Origin: Candidatus Lokiarchaeum ossiferum | GTDB lineage: Archaea; Asgardarchaeota; Lokiarchaeia; Sigyniarchaeales; Promethearchaeaceae | Length of the DNA: 32,000 nucleotides | NCBI GenBank assembly: GCA_025839675.1 | Contig: CP104013.1 | Span: forward strand, 4,500,001-4,532,000 | Direction: 5' to 3' | Shown: in pieces, positions 7,588 through 15,119 of the stretch | How positions within the stretch are numbered: position 1 is the stretch's first letter | How the letters are laid out: every line of letters begins with the position of its first letter | Notes under the pieces: generated by a model | Databases searched by the model: none | What the model was told of the DNA's origin: nothing | The model's input: the letters and a program-made list of their open reading frames with translations, nothing else | Position numbers and translations under genes: made by a program

Positions 7588-8142
7588 ATGATTTTTCCGT
7601 CACCAATTACTGGAAAATCTCCACAAATCTCAAAGAAAGCTTTTATTGCTGAAAATGCAACGATCATTGGAGATGTTATAATTGAAGCTGGGGCTAATAT
7701 TTGGTATGGGGCTGTTTTACGCGGTGATGAGTGCACAATACGCGTAGGAAAAAATACTTCTATTCAAGAGAATGTCACTTTGCATTCTCAACCTGGAACA
7801 GAATGTATTGTCAGAGATAATATTGTTGTGGGTCATCATGCTATGATTCATGGGCCTTGTGATATCGGAAGTGGTTCTCTGATTGGAATAAATGCTGTTG
7901 TTCTTCAAGGAACTACGGTGGGTAAAGGTGCGATCGTAGCCGCCAGTGCTACTGCTCGAAAAGAGATTCCTTCATTAACTTTAGTTATGGGGACACCTGC
8001 AAAACCCAAGCGTGAATTGGGTGAAGATCATCTCCAAAATGCGATACAAGCTGCAACGGATTACGTCGAACGCGGTCTCAAATTTATTGAGGCTGGTCGG
8101 AGTCAGAAAGGGTCTGAACATTATTTTAAAGAGAATCTTTAA
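7588..8142 (+). CDS. gamma-class carbonic-anhydrase-like / left-handed beta-helix (hexapeptide repeat) protein
   Basis: Track ORF 7534..8142. It aligns by eye to the YrdA/PaaY/gamma-CA family: GKSPQISKKAFIAENATIIGDVIIEAGANIWYGAVLRGD, and the three His ligand positions in TLHS and VGHHAMIHG. I prefer ATG 7588 (MIFPSPITGK...). Family N-termini begin about 10 residues before the G..P.I motif, and a TTTTAAAT box at 7560-7567 lies about 25 nt upstream. ATG 7534 is the alternative start. Confidence 0.8.
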   Translation: MIFPSPITGKSPQISKKAFIAENATIIGDVIIEAGANIWYGAVLRGDECTIRVGKNTSIQENVTLHSQPGTECIVRDNIVVGHHAMIHGPCDIGSGSLIGINAVVLQGTTVGKGAIVAASATARKEIPSLTLVMGTPAKPKRELGEDHLQNAIQAATDYVERGLKFIEAGRSQKGSEHYFKENL

Positions 8143-8156
8143 TTTTTTTTAAAAAA
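8143..8156. terminator. T8A6 palindromic tract between convergent gamma-CA-like and crcB genes (bidirectional oligo-T terminator candidate)
   Basis: TTTTTTTTAAAAAA starts right after the stop at 8140-8142. On the minus strand it reads T6A8, 18 nt after the crcB stop at 8174. Confidence 0.4.
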
Positions 8157-8173
8157 TTGGATTATTCTGTTTG

Positions 8174-8563
8174 TTATTGGCTACCAATTTGCAACCCTAT
8201 TATGAGGCATAAGATATCAATCAGAATTTCACCAATCAATCTCACAACTTGGACTATTTTTTGATTTTTGGAATAATTTTTTCGAATTAGGTAGTTTGAG
8301 AAAAGAATATAGCTTGAACCTATGGATCCGATTAACCCTACACAAATATATTGAAACAAGAATGTATCGTCTTCTAATTTCTCGATAAAAATACCTAAAA
8401 TTAAAGCTGCTATCGCATTTATTATAATAATTCCCCAAGGAATATGGTATCGAGAATTAATTTTTAAATTAAAGCGAAGTAACAGCTTCGTGAGCCAAGA
8501 ATTAAGATTAACACCGATAAAACCGGCGAGTCCAATATAAATAATTTGTTCGAAGGTGCTCAT
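8174..8563 (-). CDS. crcB: CrcB/Fluc-family fluoride channel subunit (divergent second paralog)
   Basis: Track ORF 8174..8578. Features include GLAGFIGVNLNSWL, an IIIINAIAALILG N-x-x-G-like segment, and GLIGSIGSSYILFSNY in place of the G..GG.TTFSTF motif. The ATG at 8563 overlaps the upstream crcB stop as ATGA (8560-8563), which favours translational coupling and this start. Confidence 0.7.
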   Translation of the reverse strand: MSTFEQIIYIGLAGFIGVNLNSWLTKLLLRFNLKINSRYHIPWGIIIINAIAALILGIFIEKLEDDTFLFQYICVGLIGSIGSSYILFSNYLIRKNYSKNQKIVQVVRLIGEILIDILCLIIGLQIGSQ

Positions 8564-9045
8564 CGTTCCCCCTCCCATGGTATTTCGCGAGAATCTGATC
8601 TTTTTGTTAGATCTGGCTTTGTGGGTGAAATTTTTCTGCCTATCGATCCTCCTATTTCATAGAGTATCGTATTTACCATCAAGCAAAGCACAATTATTAT
8701 GCATGCTGTAAAAACATGCCCTGATATGAATAATGAATAGAGATCGAAGACAAACCAATTAAAAACAGTAAATCCACTTATAAATCCATGTCGAAAACCT
8801 CTCAGTATATTTGTAAACCTTCCTTTCGTACAATAAAGAATGTTTAAACTAAGACCTGCCAAAAAGGCTCCAACGACATTTACGATTATTGATCCCCAAT
8901 AAGTTTGATTAGAATAATTTGTTTCTATCCTTAACCAGACTAAATAACGTAAAATTGCCCCCATCGCTCCTCCGAGACCACGAAAGATTATTATTAAGAA
9001 GCCAGAAAATATTTTAATTTGTTGATTTGATTTCATTAGAATCAT
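8560..9045 (-). CDS. crcB: CrcB/Fluc-family fluoride channel subunit
   Basis: 161 aa. Motifs are GLGGAMGAILRYLV, IIVNVVGAFLAG and GFISGFTVFNWF (compare GG.TTFSTF). It has four hydrophobic segments plus about 20-25 aa N- and C-terminal extensions relative to typical Fluc proteins of about 125 aa. Confidence 0.8.
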   Translation of the reverse strand: MILMKSNQQIKIFSGFLIIIFRGLGGAMGAILRYLVWLRIETNYSNQTYWGSIIVNVVGAFLAGLSLNILYCTKGRFTNILRGFRHGFISGFTVFNWFVFDLYSLFISGHVFTACIIIVLCLMVNTILYEIGGSIGRKISPTKPDLTKRSDSREIPWEGER

Positions 9046-9057
9046 TAAATTCGAAAT

Positions 9058-9378
9058 TTATTTCTGTTGAATTGGAAGCCAAAAATTACAGATGGCACAA
9101 CGACGAACTTTGACAAGTTTTTCTGGACCACAACGAATAGTATGAAATTTGAGATCGCCTGCACACCGAGGGCAAACTTTTTCAAAATCCTTCTCGATTT
9201 TATCAAGTATCTGTTCGGCTTCTTTCTGTTTAGTCACTCGTTTTTTCTTTGTTTTTGTTGTTTCAGTCGTTTTTGGTTTCTTTACCCATCGACCTCGAGA
9301 ATCTCTTTGCAGATTCTTCCAATGTCCTTTTGTGGAATTATTTTTAGTATTTACTGATTTTTTTTTAGTTGGGGACAT
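9058..9378 (-). CDS. basic zinc-ribbon protein
   Basis: 106 aa with an ATG start. The N-terminal half is K/R/T-rich. The C-terminus is CPRC-x10-C-x10-CAIC (VCPRCAGDLKFHTIRCGPEKLVKVRRCAICNFW). It ends 12 nt upstream of the first crcB on the same strand. Confidence 0.6.
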   Translation of the reverse strand: MSPTKKKSVNTKNNSTKGHWKNLQRDSRGRWVKKPKTTETTKTKKKRVTKQKEAEQILDKIEKDFEKVCPRCAGDLKFHTIRCGPEKLVKVRRCAICNFWLPIQQK

Positions 9379-9472
9379 GATAATGGTTCGCCGATTGAGT
9401 GATGATATTAAAAAAATGTGTCTATTGTTAATATTCCCTTGATGCCTTTAAATTTCTTCTTCTATAAATTTC

Positions 9473-10690
9473 CTAGAAAAAATTGACAACATGATATACC
9501 ACTAGGACGATAAGAAGGTTAACAAATGTCGGTGTAGCAATTCTCCAAAAAGTTTGTTTATAATCGGCTTTGAAATAGTTGATGGTGTAGGCTAGACATG
9601 GGTGGATGGGACTCATAAGATATCCCAAAAAAGTTGTCAAGTAGATCAAAGTAAAATTAAAATAGGACATTGCGAGCACTGCATATTGAAAAAGATAAAT
9701 TGGTATTAAGAACGAAAGAGATAATTGGACGCGACCCGTTGAAAAGCCAAAGAAAAACCCTAACAGTAGAAATATTGTGAAATTCATATTCAAACTGCCA
9801 ATAACCTCTGGTACCCCTGAATTGGTAAAAATATCTAAGAAGAAATAAATTACAATGATGAGAAGTGGAAATCGCCAGACTTTCATCCTTCTAATTGCTG
9901 AATTAAGTCTATTTGGTGCCAAATTTGCAAATTTTAAGGCCAGTAAAACACTGAAACATAACCCGACAAAGAGAAAAATTTCAGGGTATGCGAAGGTTAT
10001 ACCTTTTGGCTCTAGAAGAGTCAAAATCGATCGACCCAAAAAATCAAAGATTGGAGCAATAAGGATTGGTAAGATATGGTGAACGACTACTTTAAGATCG
10101 CGACTGTGACGCTCGGAATTCTCCAATGTATTTCGAATAAGGAAGATGTATCCTATTAAAAACATAATGATAAATGGTATAACTAGATATGCAAGAGTAT
10201 TATATAGTTTTAAACCAGCAATCTCAGTGCAAACAATGAGAGTGGTGGATAAGGGATAAATAAGAATAAGTAAATGTCTATACCAGACATTAATCGCAAT
10301 TTTACGCGAGATATCTGATGAATCAGTGTCGATTTGTTCAATTAAAGGTGCTGACATTAGCGCCCCTCCTGCGACCGGTAATAGTCCAAAGATTGCAGGT
10401 GAGATCATCATGGCATTTTTCTTTGAAATATCCATTTTCTGGATCAATTCCACCATCAAACCAGATTCTTCCATAATGGCTCCTAAAATTGGCAACAGTC
10501 CAACGGATGCTGCTAAGATTAATACATTGAGATTTGTGATTATACTTGCAAACGAAATCCAAATATTTACTTCAGAAAGTAATCCAAAAGCAATGGATCC
10601 GATGGTTAAAGTAAAAACGAGTTCCTTTTTTGAAAATATCATGAGAAATGTGATTACAAGAAGGAAACTAATCCATGAGGGAATTAACAC
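9473..10690 (-). CDS. polytopic membrane permease, family not recognised with confidence (possibly DUF401 / ion-transporter-superfamily-like)
   Basis: 405-aa ORF, hydrophobic throughout with about 10 or more TM segments. The two antisense track ORFs inside it are shadow ORFs. The family suggestion is unverified. Confidence 0.75.
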   Translation of the reverse strand: MLIPSWISFLLVITFLMIFSKKELVFTLTIGSIAFGLLSEVNIWISFASIITNLNVLILAASVGLLPILGAIMEESGLMVELIQKMDISKKNAMMISPAIFGLLPVAGGALMSAPLIEQIDTDSSDISRKIAINVWYRHLLILIYPLSTTLIVCTEIAGLKLYNTLAYLVIPFIIMFLIGYIFLIRNTLENSERHSRDLKVVVHHILPILIAPIFDFLGRSILTLLEPKGITFAYPEIFLFVGLCFSVLLALKFANLAPNRLNSAIRRMKVWRFPLLIIVIYFFLDIFTNSGVPEVIGSLNMNFTIFLLLGFFFGFSTGRVQLSLSFLIPIYLFQYAVLAMSYFNFTLIYLTTFLGYLMSPIHPCLAYTINYFKADYKQTFWRIATPTFVNLLIVLVVYHVVNFF

Positions 10691-10831
10691 AAGGAAATGA
10701 AGTAATACTTATTTAAAAATAGTTCATATTTTTGCAAATTCTCACACTTCCACTAAAAGGTCGGTACTTCGCATACTCACTTAAGCAAAAAAAAAAATTT
10801 TAAGTCTCAATTGATATGATCATTATTATCA

Positions 10832-11551
10832 ATGGATTCAATACCTAAAATCACTATATTATATGAGAATAACCCGCATCCTAAAAATTCCGTTTTAGAA
10901 AATGGACACGGATTTGCTGCTCTAATTAAATTCGAAGGAAAGACGATTTTGTTTGACGCAGGATGGAATGGAAGTGCTTTGTTACGGAATTGTGAAACCC
11001 TAGGTATTTCTTTAAAATCCCTTGATGCCATCTTTTTATCCCATGCCCATTGGGATCACATTGGTGGAATGCCTCAGGTTTTGGAAGTTGCAGATAATCC
11101 TATTATTTATTATCCCGATGTGTTTTCAAAGGTACAACCGAAAGAATGGGCAATAATGGTTCTTACTCCGAATATTCACCGCATTAAATCTTTTGAAACC
11201 TTAAACGATCTCTCCTCAAATATTGCAACAACCGGCTGTATTGCTGTTCATGATTATTTAGGGGAACAAGCGATACTTCTTCGATATAATGATGTTAAAG
11301 ATGGGATTCTTATTGTTGGATGTCTGCATCCTGGATTAAAGCCTTTTCTTGAAGCAGCGGCATCATTTTGTAATGTAACTCACGTCATTGGAGGTATTCA
11401 CGGGTTTAATGATGTTGAGTTTCTCAATAGTTCGTCTATTCGCCATTTGCATGTTGGTCATTGCACACAATACTCCCAATTATTTGAAAATCTTCCGAAT
11501 ATCACTCTTTCTCAGTTATATGTTGGAAAAAAGATAAAAATTGATAAATAA
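10832..11551 (+). CDS. metallo-beta-lactamase-fold protein (COG1237-like)
   Basis: 239 aa. It carries the HxHxDH motif in LSHAHWDHIGG. The N-terminal pattern ITILYENN...ENGHGFAALIKFEGKTILFDAG...LGISLKSLDAIFLSH is typical of the short MBL-fold family found in archaea and bacteria. Confidence 0.8.
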   Translation: MDSIPKITILYENNPHPKNSVLENGHGFAALIKFEGKTILFDAGWNGSALLRNCETLGISLKSLDAIFLSHAHWDHIGGMPQVLEVADNPIIYYPDVFSKVQPKEWAIMVLTPNIHRIKSFETLNDLSSNIATTGCIAVHDYLGEQAILLRYNDVKDGILIVGCLHPGLKPFLEAAASFCNVTHVIGGIHGFNDVEFLNSSSIRHLHVGHCTQYSQLFENLPNITLSQLYVGKKIKIDK

Positions 11552-11583
11552 AATGTCATGATGTTATTATCATTTTTGTCATT

Positions 11584-11595
11584 ATTTTTATAAGG
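11584..11595 (+). promoter_or_regulatory. TATA-like box (ATTTTTATAAGG) upstream of the 11616 membrane-protein gene
   Basis: It is centred about 26 nt upstream of ATG 11616, with no SD-like sequence in between. Confidence 0.3.
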
Positions 11596-11615
11596 ATTGA
11601 CAAAAAAGGACATAT

Positions 11616-12011
11616 ATGGAAAAAAAAAAATATTATCAAAGAATGTTTTTCGTTGGAGCTTGTTGGAATTGTGGCGTATCACTTCCATTGTTTGTCATTT
11701 CCCTATTTACAACGGCACTATTCCCAATTTTTGGATTAGAAGATCCTAATAACATGATATTTTTGCACGCTTCCCTTCTCTTTATTGCTACCTTCGGAAT
11801 TGGATATTATATTGTGGGGTGTGATATCACCAAAAATCACGGTCTTGTTCTGATAGGAATCATTGGAAAATCGTGTTATTTCTTAGTGACTTTGATTTAT
11901 TTGATTTTAGGGGATATAAATTGGCTTATGTTTTTAACTGGGCTGATTGATCTTATTTTTATCGGCTTATTTGCGGATTTTCTCTTGAATCATCAAAAAC
12001 TTCAAAAATAG
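11616..12011 (+). CDS. small membrane protein (about 4 TM), unknown family
   Basis: 131-aa ATG ORF with four hydrophobic segments. A TATA-like box at 11584-11595 lies about 26 nt upstream, and T5 and T7 runs follow directly after the stop. Confidence 0.6.
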   Translation: MEKKKYYQRMFFVGACWNCGVSLPLFVISLFTTALFPIFGLEDPNNMIFLHASLLFIATFGIGYYIVGCDITKNHGLVLIGIIGKSCYFLVTLIYLILGDINWLMFLTGLIDLIFIGLFADFLLNHQKLQK

Positions 12012-12016
12012 GTCTG

Positions 12017-12031
12017 TTTTTCGCTTTTTTT
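12017..12031 (+). terminator. T5 plus T7 runs after the 11616..12011 gene
   Basis: tagGTCTGTTTTTCGCTTTTTTTaac lies directly downstream of the stop. Confidence 0.35.
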
Positions 12032-12122
12032 AACTTTGTAATTACCAATTTTGTTTTTTCCAAAATAGATATCCGATGTATTTTTAGGGGAAAAAAATCA
12101 AGTCTAATGTAGTGATATCATA

Positions 12123-12296
12123 ATGTCCTCAAGAACGTTTCAATGTCCTAAATGTAACAATGCTGATCGTCGCAAATTAAAAGAGATTGAAGATAAAGAA
12201 AAACCAGCCCTCTATTATTCCATGCAAGGCACCCCAGTATTTCCCAAAAAGATCCATTGCGGCGCTTGTGGGCATGAATGGCCGAAAACAGGTTAA
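12123..12296 (+). CDS. 57-aa zinc-ribbon protein (below the ORF-track size cut-off)
   Basis: My translation is MSSRTFQCPKCNNADRRKLKEIEDKEKPALYYSMQGTPVFPKKIHCGACGHEWPKTG*. It has paired CxxC knuckles (CPKC-x34-CGAC). It sits in an otherwise empty 414-nt intergenic gap and is followed by T-runs (taaattttttgtacttttttt). Confidence 0.5.
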   Translation: MSSRTFQCPKCNNADRRKLKEIEDKEKPALYYSMQGTPVFPKKIHCGACGHEWPKTG

Positions 12297-12425
12297 ATTT
12301 TTTGTACTTTTTTTAAAAATCACTTTTTAATTCCCACTATTGAGAAATATTTGACTTTATGGTCAATTTTAATGAAAGGAGTATGCTTTGGAAGCTTAAA
12401 ATGTAGATAACTCTAAGTAAATATC

Positions 12426-13793
12426 ATGGCGAAGAATCCAAAATTAAGTCGAGCGATGAGCTTGACTATAGTGTTATTTTTCTTTATTTTGTTATTTAGC
12501 TATGCGGATCAAAATTTGTTAGGTCCATTTTTGAACCCACACCTTCAGACCTTTTTCGGAAGCATTGAAGATGCTTTAGTTCCTAAAATGAGTATAATTT
12601 CATCCGTTTTCGTATTTCTTTCTGGAGTATCAATGGTGGCATGTGCTATCTTGGCTGATAAAACTTCTCGCAAATGGATTTGCTTTGGGGGGACGATGAT
12701 TTATGCCTTATTTTCGATTTCGACCGTACTGATTCCCGATGGAGAAGTTGGATATTTGCTTTTTTTCATCACACGAGCGCTTAATGGTATTGGAATTGGG
12801 GCTATAGTTCCAACTATATTTAGTATGGTTGGGGATACCGCCCAACCTGAAAAACGAACGGCTGCATTTGCTTATATTAATGTTGCGATGATTATGGGGC
12901 AGTTAGTGGGAATGTTACTCGGTGGGATGATGGGGGACATTTGGCGTATAGCCTATCTGATCACAGGAACTTTCAGTTTATTACTTGCTTTCGGATTGTT
13001 GGGAATAAAGGAGCCAAAAAGAGGGGCAGCAGAGACGGAATTGCGTGGAATAGAGGGTGCTGAATATAATTTTAGTTTAAAGAAAGAGGATTTTAAAAAA
13101 ATTTGGTCCAATAAATCCAATTTTTGGCTGATTACCAATTTTATCGATTGCATCCCTTCAGGAATTGCTTTTTTCTTAATTTTCAAGTATTTAGAAGATA
13201 CCCGGAATATGGATCCTGAGATGATAACAATGGTAGTTCTGATTGCTTTCATTTTTGGAATAGGAGGAGCATTAGTTTTTGGATTCTTGGGAGATCGCCT
13301 ATTCAAAAAGGATCGAAGGGCTAAGGTTTTAATTGCGTTGATCTGTAATGCTTTTCCGATATTATTCTTTATAATTTTTCTTTTATCGGATTACAATCTG
13401 CCTGACGGGGCTTCAATGGGAGAGGCCCTGTCAATTCCGGCGTTTGTGCTTGCCGTTGGAAGCTTAATTCTTTTAATGTTTGTGAATCAGGGAGTAGGGC
13501 CGAATTGGCATTCTACTTTAACTGATGTGAATCTCCCTGAACATCGGGCAACAATGATCAGTTTGGCGTCTTTTATGGATTTAATTGGGCATACGGTCGG
13601 TCCATTAATTGCTGGGTTTATGACCGCCCAATTTGGTTTACAAGCGGCCATGTGGGCGGCCGTGTTTTTCTGGGGGTTAAACGTGGTTCTTTGGCTTCCG
13701 ATATTTTTCTATATAGAAAAAGATTTGGATAACATTCATTCTGTCCTGGAAGGAAGGGCTAAAATGATGATGGAAAAAAAAGAGAATGAGTAA
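12426..13793 (+). CDS. MFS transporter (Spinster-like sequence features)
   Basis: 455 aa with about 12 TM segments. It has an early SYADQNLLGP segment in TM1 and a motif-A-like ILADKTSRKWICFGG. This layout resembles the NYLDR...GDRfNRK arrangement of Spinster-type MFS proteins, but the subfamily call is tentative. Confidence 0.85.
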   Translation: MAKNPKLSRAMSLTIVLFFFILLFSYADQNLLGPFLNPHLQTFFGSIEDALVPKMSIISSVFVFLSGVSMVACAILADKTSRKWICFGGTMIYALFSISTVLIPDGEVGYLLFFITRALNGIGIGAIVPTIFSMVGDTAQPEKRTAAFAYINVAMIMGQLVGMLLGGMMGDIWRIAYLITGTFSLLLAFGLLGIKEPKRGAAETELRGIEGAEYNFSLKKEDFKKIWSNKSNFWLITNFIDCIPSGIAFFLIFKYLEDTRNMDPEMITMVVLIAFIFGIGGALVFGFLGDRLFKKDRRAKVLIALICNAFPILFFIIFLLSDYNLPDGASMGEALSIPAFVLAVGSLILLMFVNQGVGPNWHSTLTDVNLPEHRATMISLASFMDLIGHTVGPLIAGFMTAQFGLQAAMWAAVFFWGLNVVLWLPIFFYIEKDLDNIHSVLEGRAKMMMEKKENE

Positions 13794-13807
13794 GGGGAGA
13801 AAAAAAC

Positions 13808-15100
13808 ATGCTTGAAGTAGGTTTTTCACGTGTAACCATTACTCCTCCCTTGGGGACTCCATTGGGGGGGTATGAAAACAGAAAAAAAAATGCAATGGGG
13901 ATTCATGATGAAGTCTCCGCCCGATGTATGCTGATTAAAGAATCTGGGACCAATACTCTAATTGCGTTAATTGTGTGTGATCTATTATGGATTACCGAAG
14001 AGTTTGCCCTGGAAATCGGACAAATTGCGGAAAAAATGACTCGAGGAGTCGTGAAAAAAGAAAATGTTATTCTCCATGCCATTCATACCCATTCCAGTCA
14101 ACGGATCATGGGAGGCTTAGAATTTTTTTATAAGAAAGTTTCAAAACCCCATAATGTCGATAAGGGTTGGTATATAAAGCACGGGGTTCCATATCTTAAA
14201 CGTGTGATTGCCAGTTCTGTATATGGAGCGCTGTATGATTTACAACCTACTCTTATTAAAGCCAATATTTCTTCAACTGAAGTGGGTCATAATCGGCGAT
14301 ATAATGATCCTGCCTCACAAGTGGTAGATCGGGATTTATTAGCCATGGTTTTTTTAAAAGAAGATGGTGAGATCAAAGGTGAAAACGTGCGCGGGATTTT
14401 TTATAATTTGGCAAATCATTGTGTTGCCTTGGGAGAAGAAAATTATTTAATTTCGCAAGATTGGCCCTACTATGCTCATCGAGTCTTGAAATCGACCTAT
14501 CAACTTCCCTGGAATTCACAGATCATTTTTGGACAAAGTACAGCGGGGAATGTGAATCCTTGGAATTGCATTTTTGATCAAGAGGTACGGAAACGCCATG
14601 AAGCTGAAAAAGTCGGATTGCAAACTGCTGCGGATGTGATTCGCACTTTACGCCCTGAAGATTTAAAAACAATTTCGAGTGTTCAAGATGAAGAATCGGT
14701 GCTCAAATTAATTTCGAAGAAAATACGGGTTGAAATCACAGATCCTGCCAAAATTGGCCTCTTTCATGGTTTCAACTTAACATCCATGGGATATATTATT
14801 GAAGGAACTAAGCACTATTTAGAACTACCCTTATCAATAATTCAAATCAATGATATCATAATTGCTTGCGTTCCAGGAGAACCCTTTAGTGAATTTGGCG
14901 TAGCGATAAAAAAGGAGATTCGAGGCAGGAACGAAAATTTCTTCCCAATTGTACTCGAACTCACGATGGGAGCTTCTGGATATATCATACCTCGGGACTC
15001 CTACAATAAAACTAAGGGCTATGAAGAATCCTTAGCGGTTTCGTCGGAAACGGGGTACTTAATCGTTGAAGCGATAAAAGAAATGCTTCGGAAGTTATGA
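13808..15100 (+). CDS. neutral/alkaline (non-lysosomal) ceramidase-like N-terminal-domain hydrolase
   Basis: 430 aa. GFSRVTITPPLGTPLGGYENRKKNAMGIHDEVSARCMLI...ALIVCDLLWI...VILHAIHTHSS matches the G.a..dITP..G..maGY...a.GihD.L.ARa ... atHTHSgP pattern of that family. GGGGAG (13794-13799) lies 8 nt before the ATG, and the gap after the MFS stop is 14 nt. Confidence 0.7.
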   Translation: MLEVGFSRVTITPPLGTPLGGYENRKKNAMGIHDEVSARCMLIKESGTNTLIALIVCDLLWITEEFALEIGQIAEKMTRGVVKKENVILHAIHTHSSQRIMGGLEFFYKKVSKPHNVDKGWYIKHGVPYLKRVIASSVYGALYDLQPTLIKANISSTEVGHNRRYNDPASQVVDRDLLAMVFLKEDGEIKGENVRGIFYNLANHCVALGEENYLISQDWPYYAHRVLKSTYQLPWNSQIIFGQSTAGNVNPWNCIFDQEVRKRHEAEKVGLQTAADVIRTLRPEDLKTISSVQDEESVLKLISKKIRVEITDPAKIGLFHGFNLTSMGYIIEGTKHYLELPLSIIQINDIIIACVPGEPFSEFGVAIKKEIRGRNENFFPIVLELTMGASGYIIPRDSYNKTKGYEESLAVSSETGYLIVEAIKEMLRKL

Positions 15101-15119
15101 CTTTAGTTTTGATTTTTAC

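Noticed and set aside
9067-9442. Two plus-strand ORFs (96 and 97 aa) opposite the basic zinc-ribbon gene
   Set aside because: Their F/S/C-rich sequences are the antisense reading of a K/T/E-rich gene. The minus-strand ORF has the structured CxxC...CxxC motif and operon context with crcB, so I kept that one.
9396-9445. C/D-box sRNA candidate (GTGATGA at 9396-9402 and TTGATGC near 9437)
   Set aside because: No CTGA D or D' boxes occur at the required spacing, and there are no terminal complementary ends.
9046-9472. Possible fluoride riboswitch (crcB motif) upstream of the crcB pair
   Set aside because: Only 12 nt separate the zinc-ribbon gene from crcB. In the 94-nt spacer upstream of the zinc-ribbon gene I could not find the conserved paired GGCGAUG...CUGAUG...CUCC-type core on the minus strand. 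This needs an Infernal scan (RF01734) to be definitive.
10326-10700. 124-aa plus-strand ORF, and the 74-aa ORF 10338..10562, inside the 9473..10690 membrane-protein gene
   Set aside because: It is a shadow ORF of a long, clearly hydrophobic coding frame and has no start-site signals of its own. The same reasoning applies to the other embedded or overlapping track ORFs: 2954..3160, 3367..3573, 3871..4158, 5091..5294, 6191..6394, 6601..6822, 7051..7257, 7530..7736, 7717..7908, 8229..8438, 9855..10082, 10807..11031, 15249..15452, 15449..15652, 15456..15671, 16769..16951, 17711..17938, 21113..21322, 21451..21639, 22211..22408, 23815..24000, 30835..31074 and 30848..31087.
12953-13306. 117-aa minus-strand ORF inside the second MFS gene
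   Set aside because: It lies antisense to a transporter frame with clear TM periodicity and MFS motifs. Its basic, P/K/S-rich composition is typical of an antisense shadow frame.
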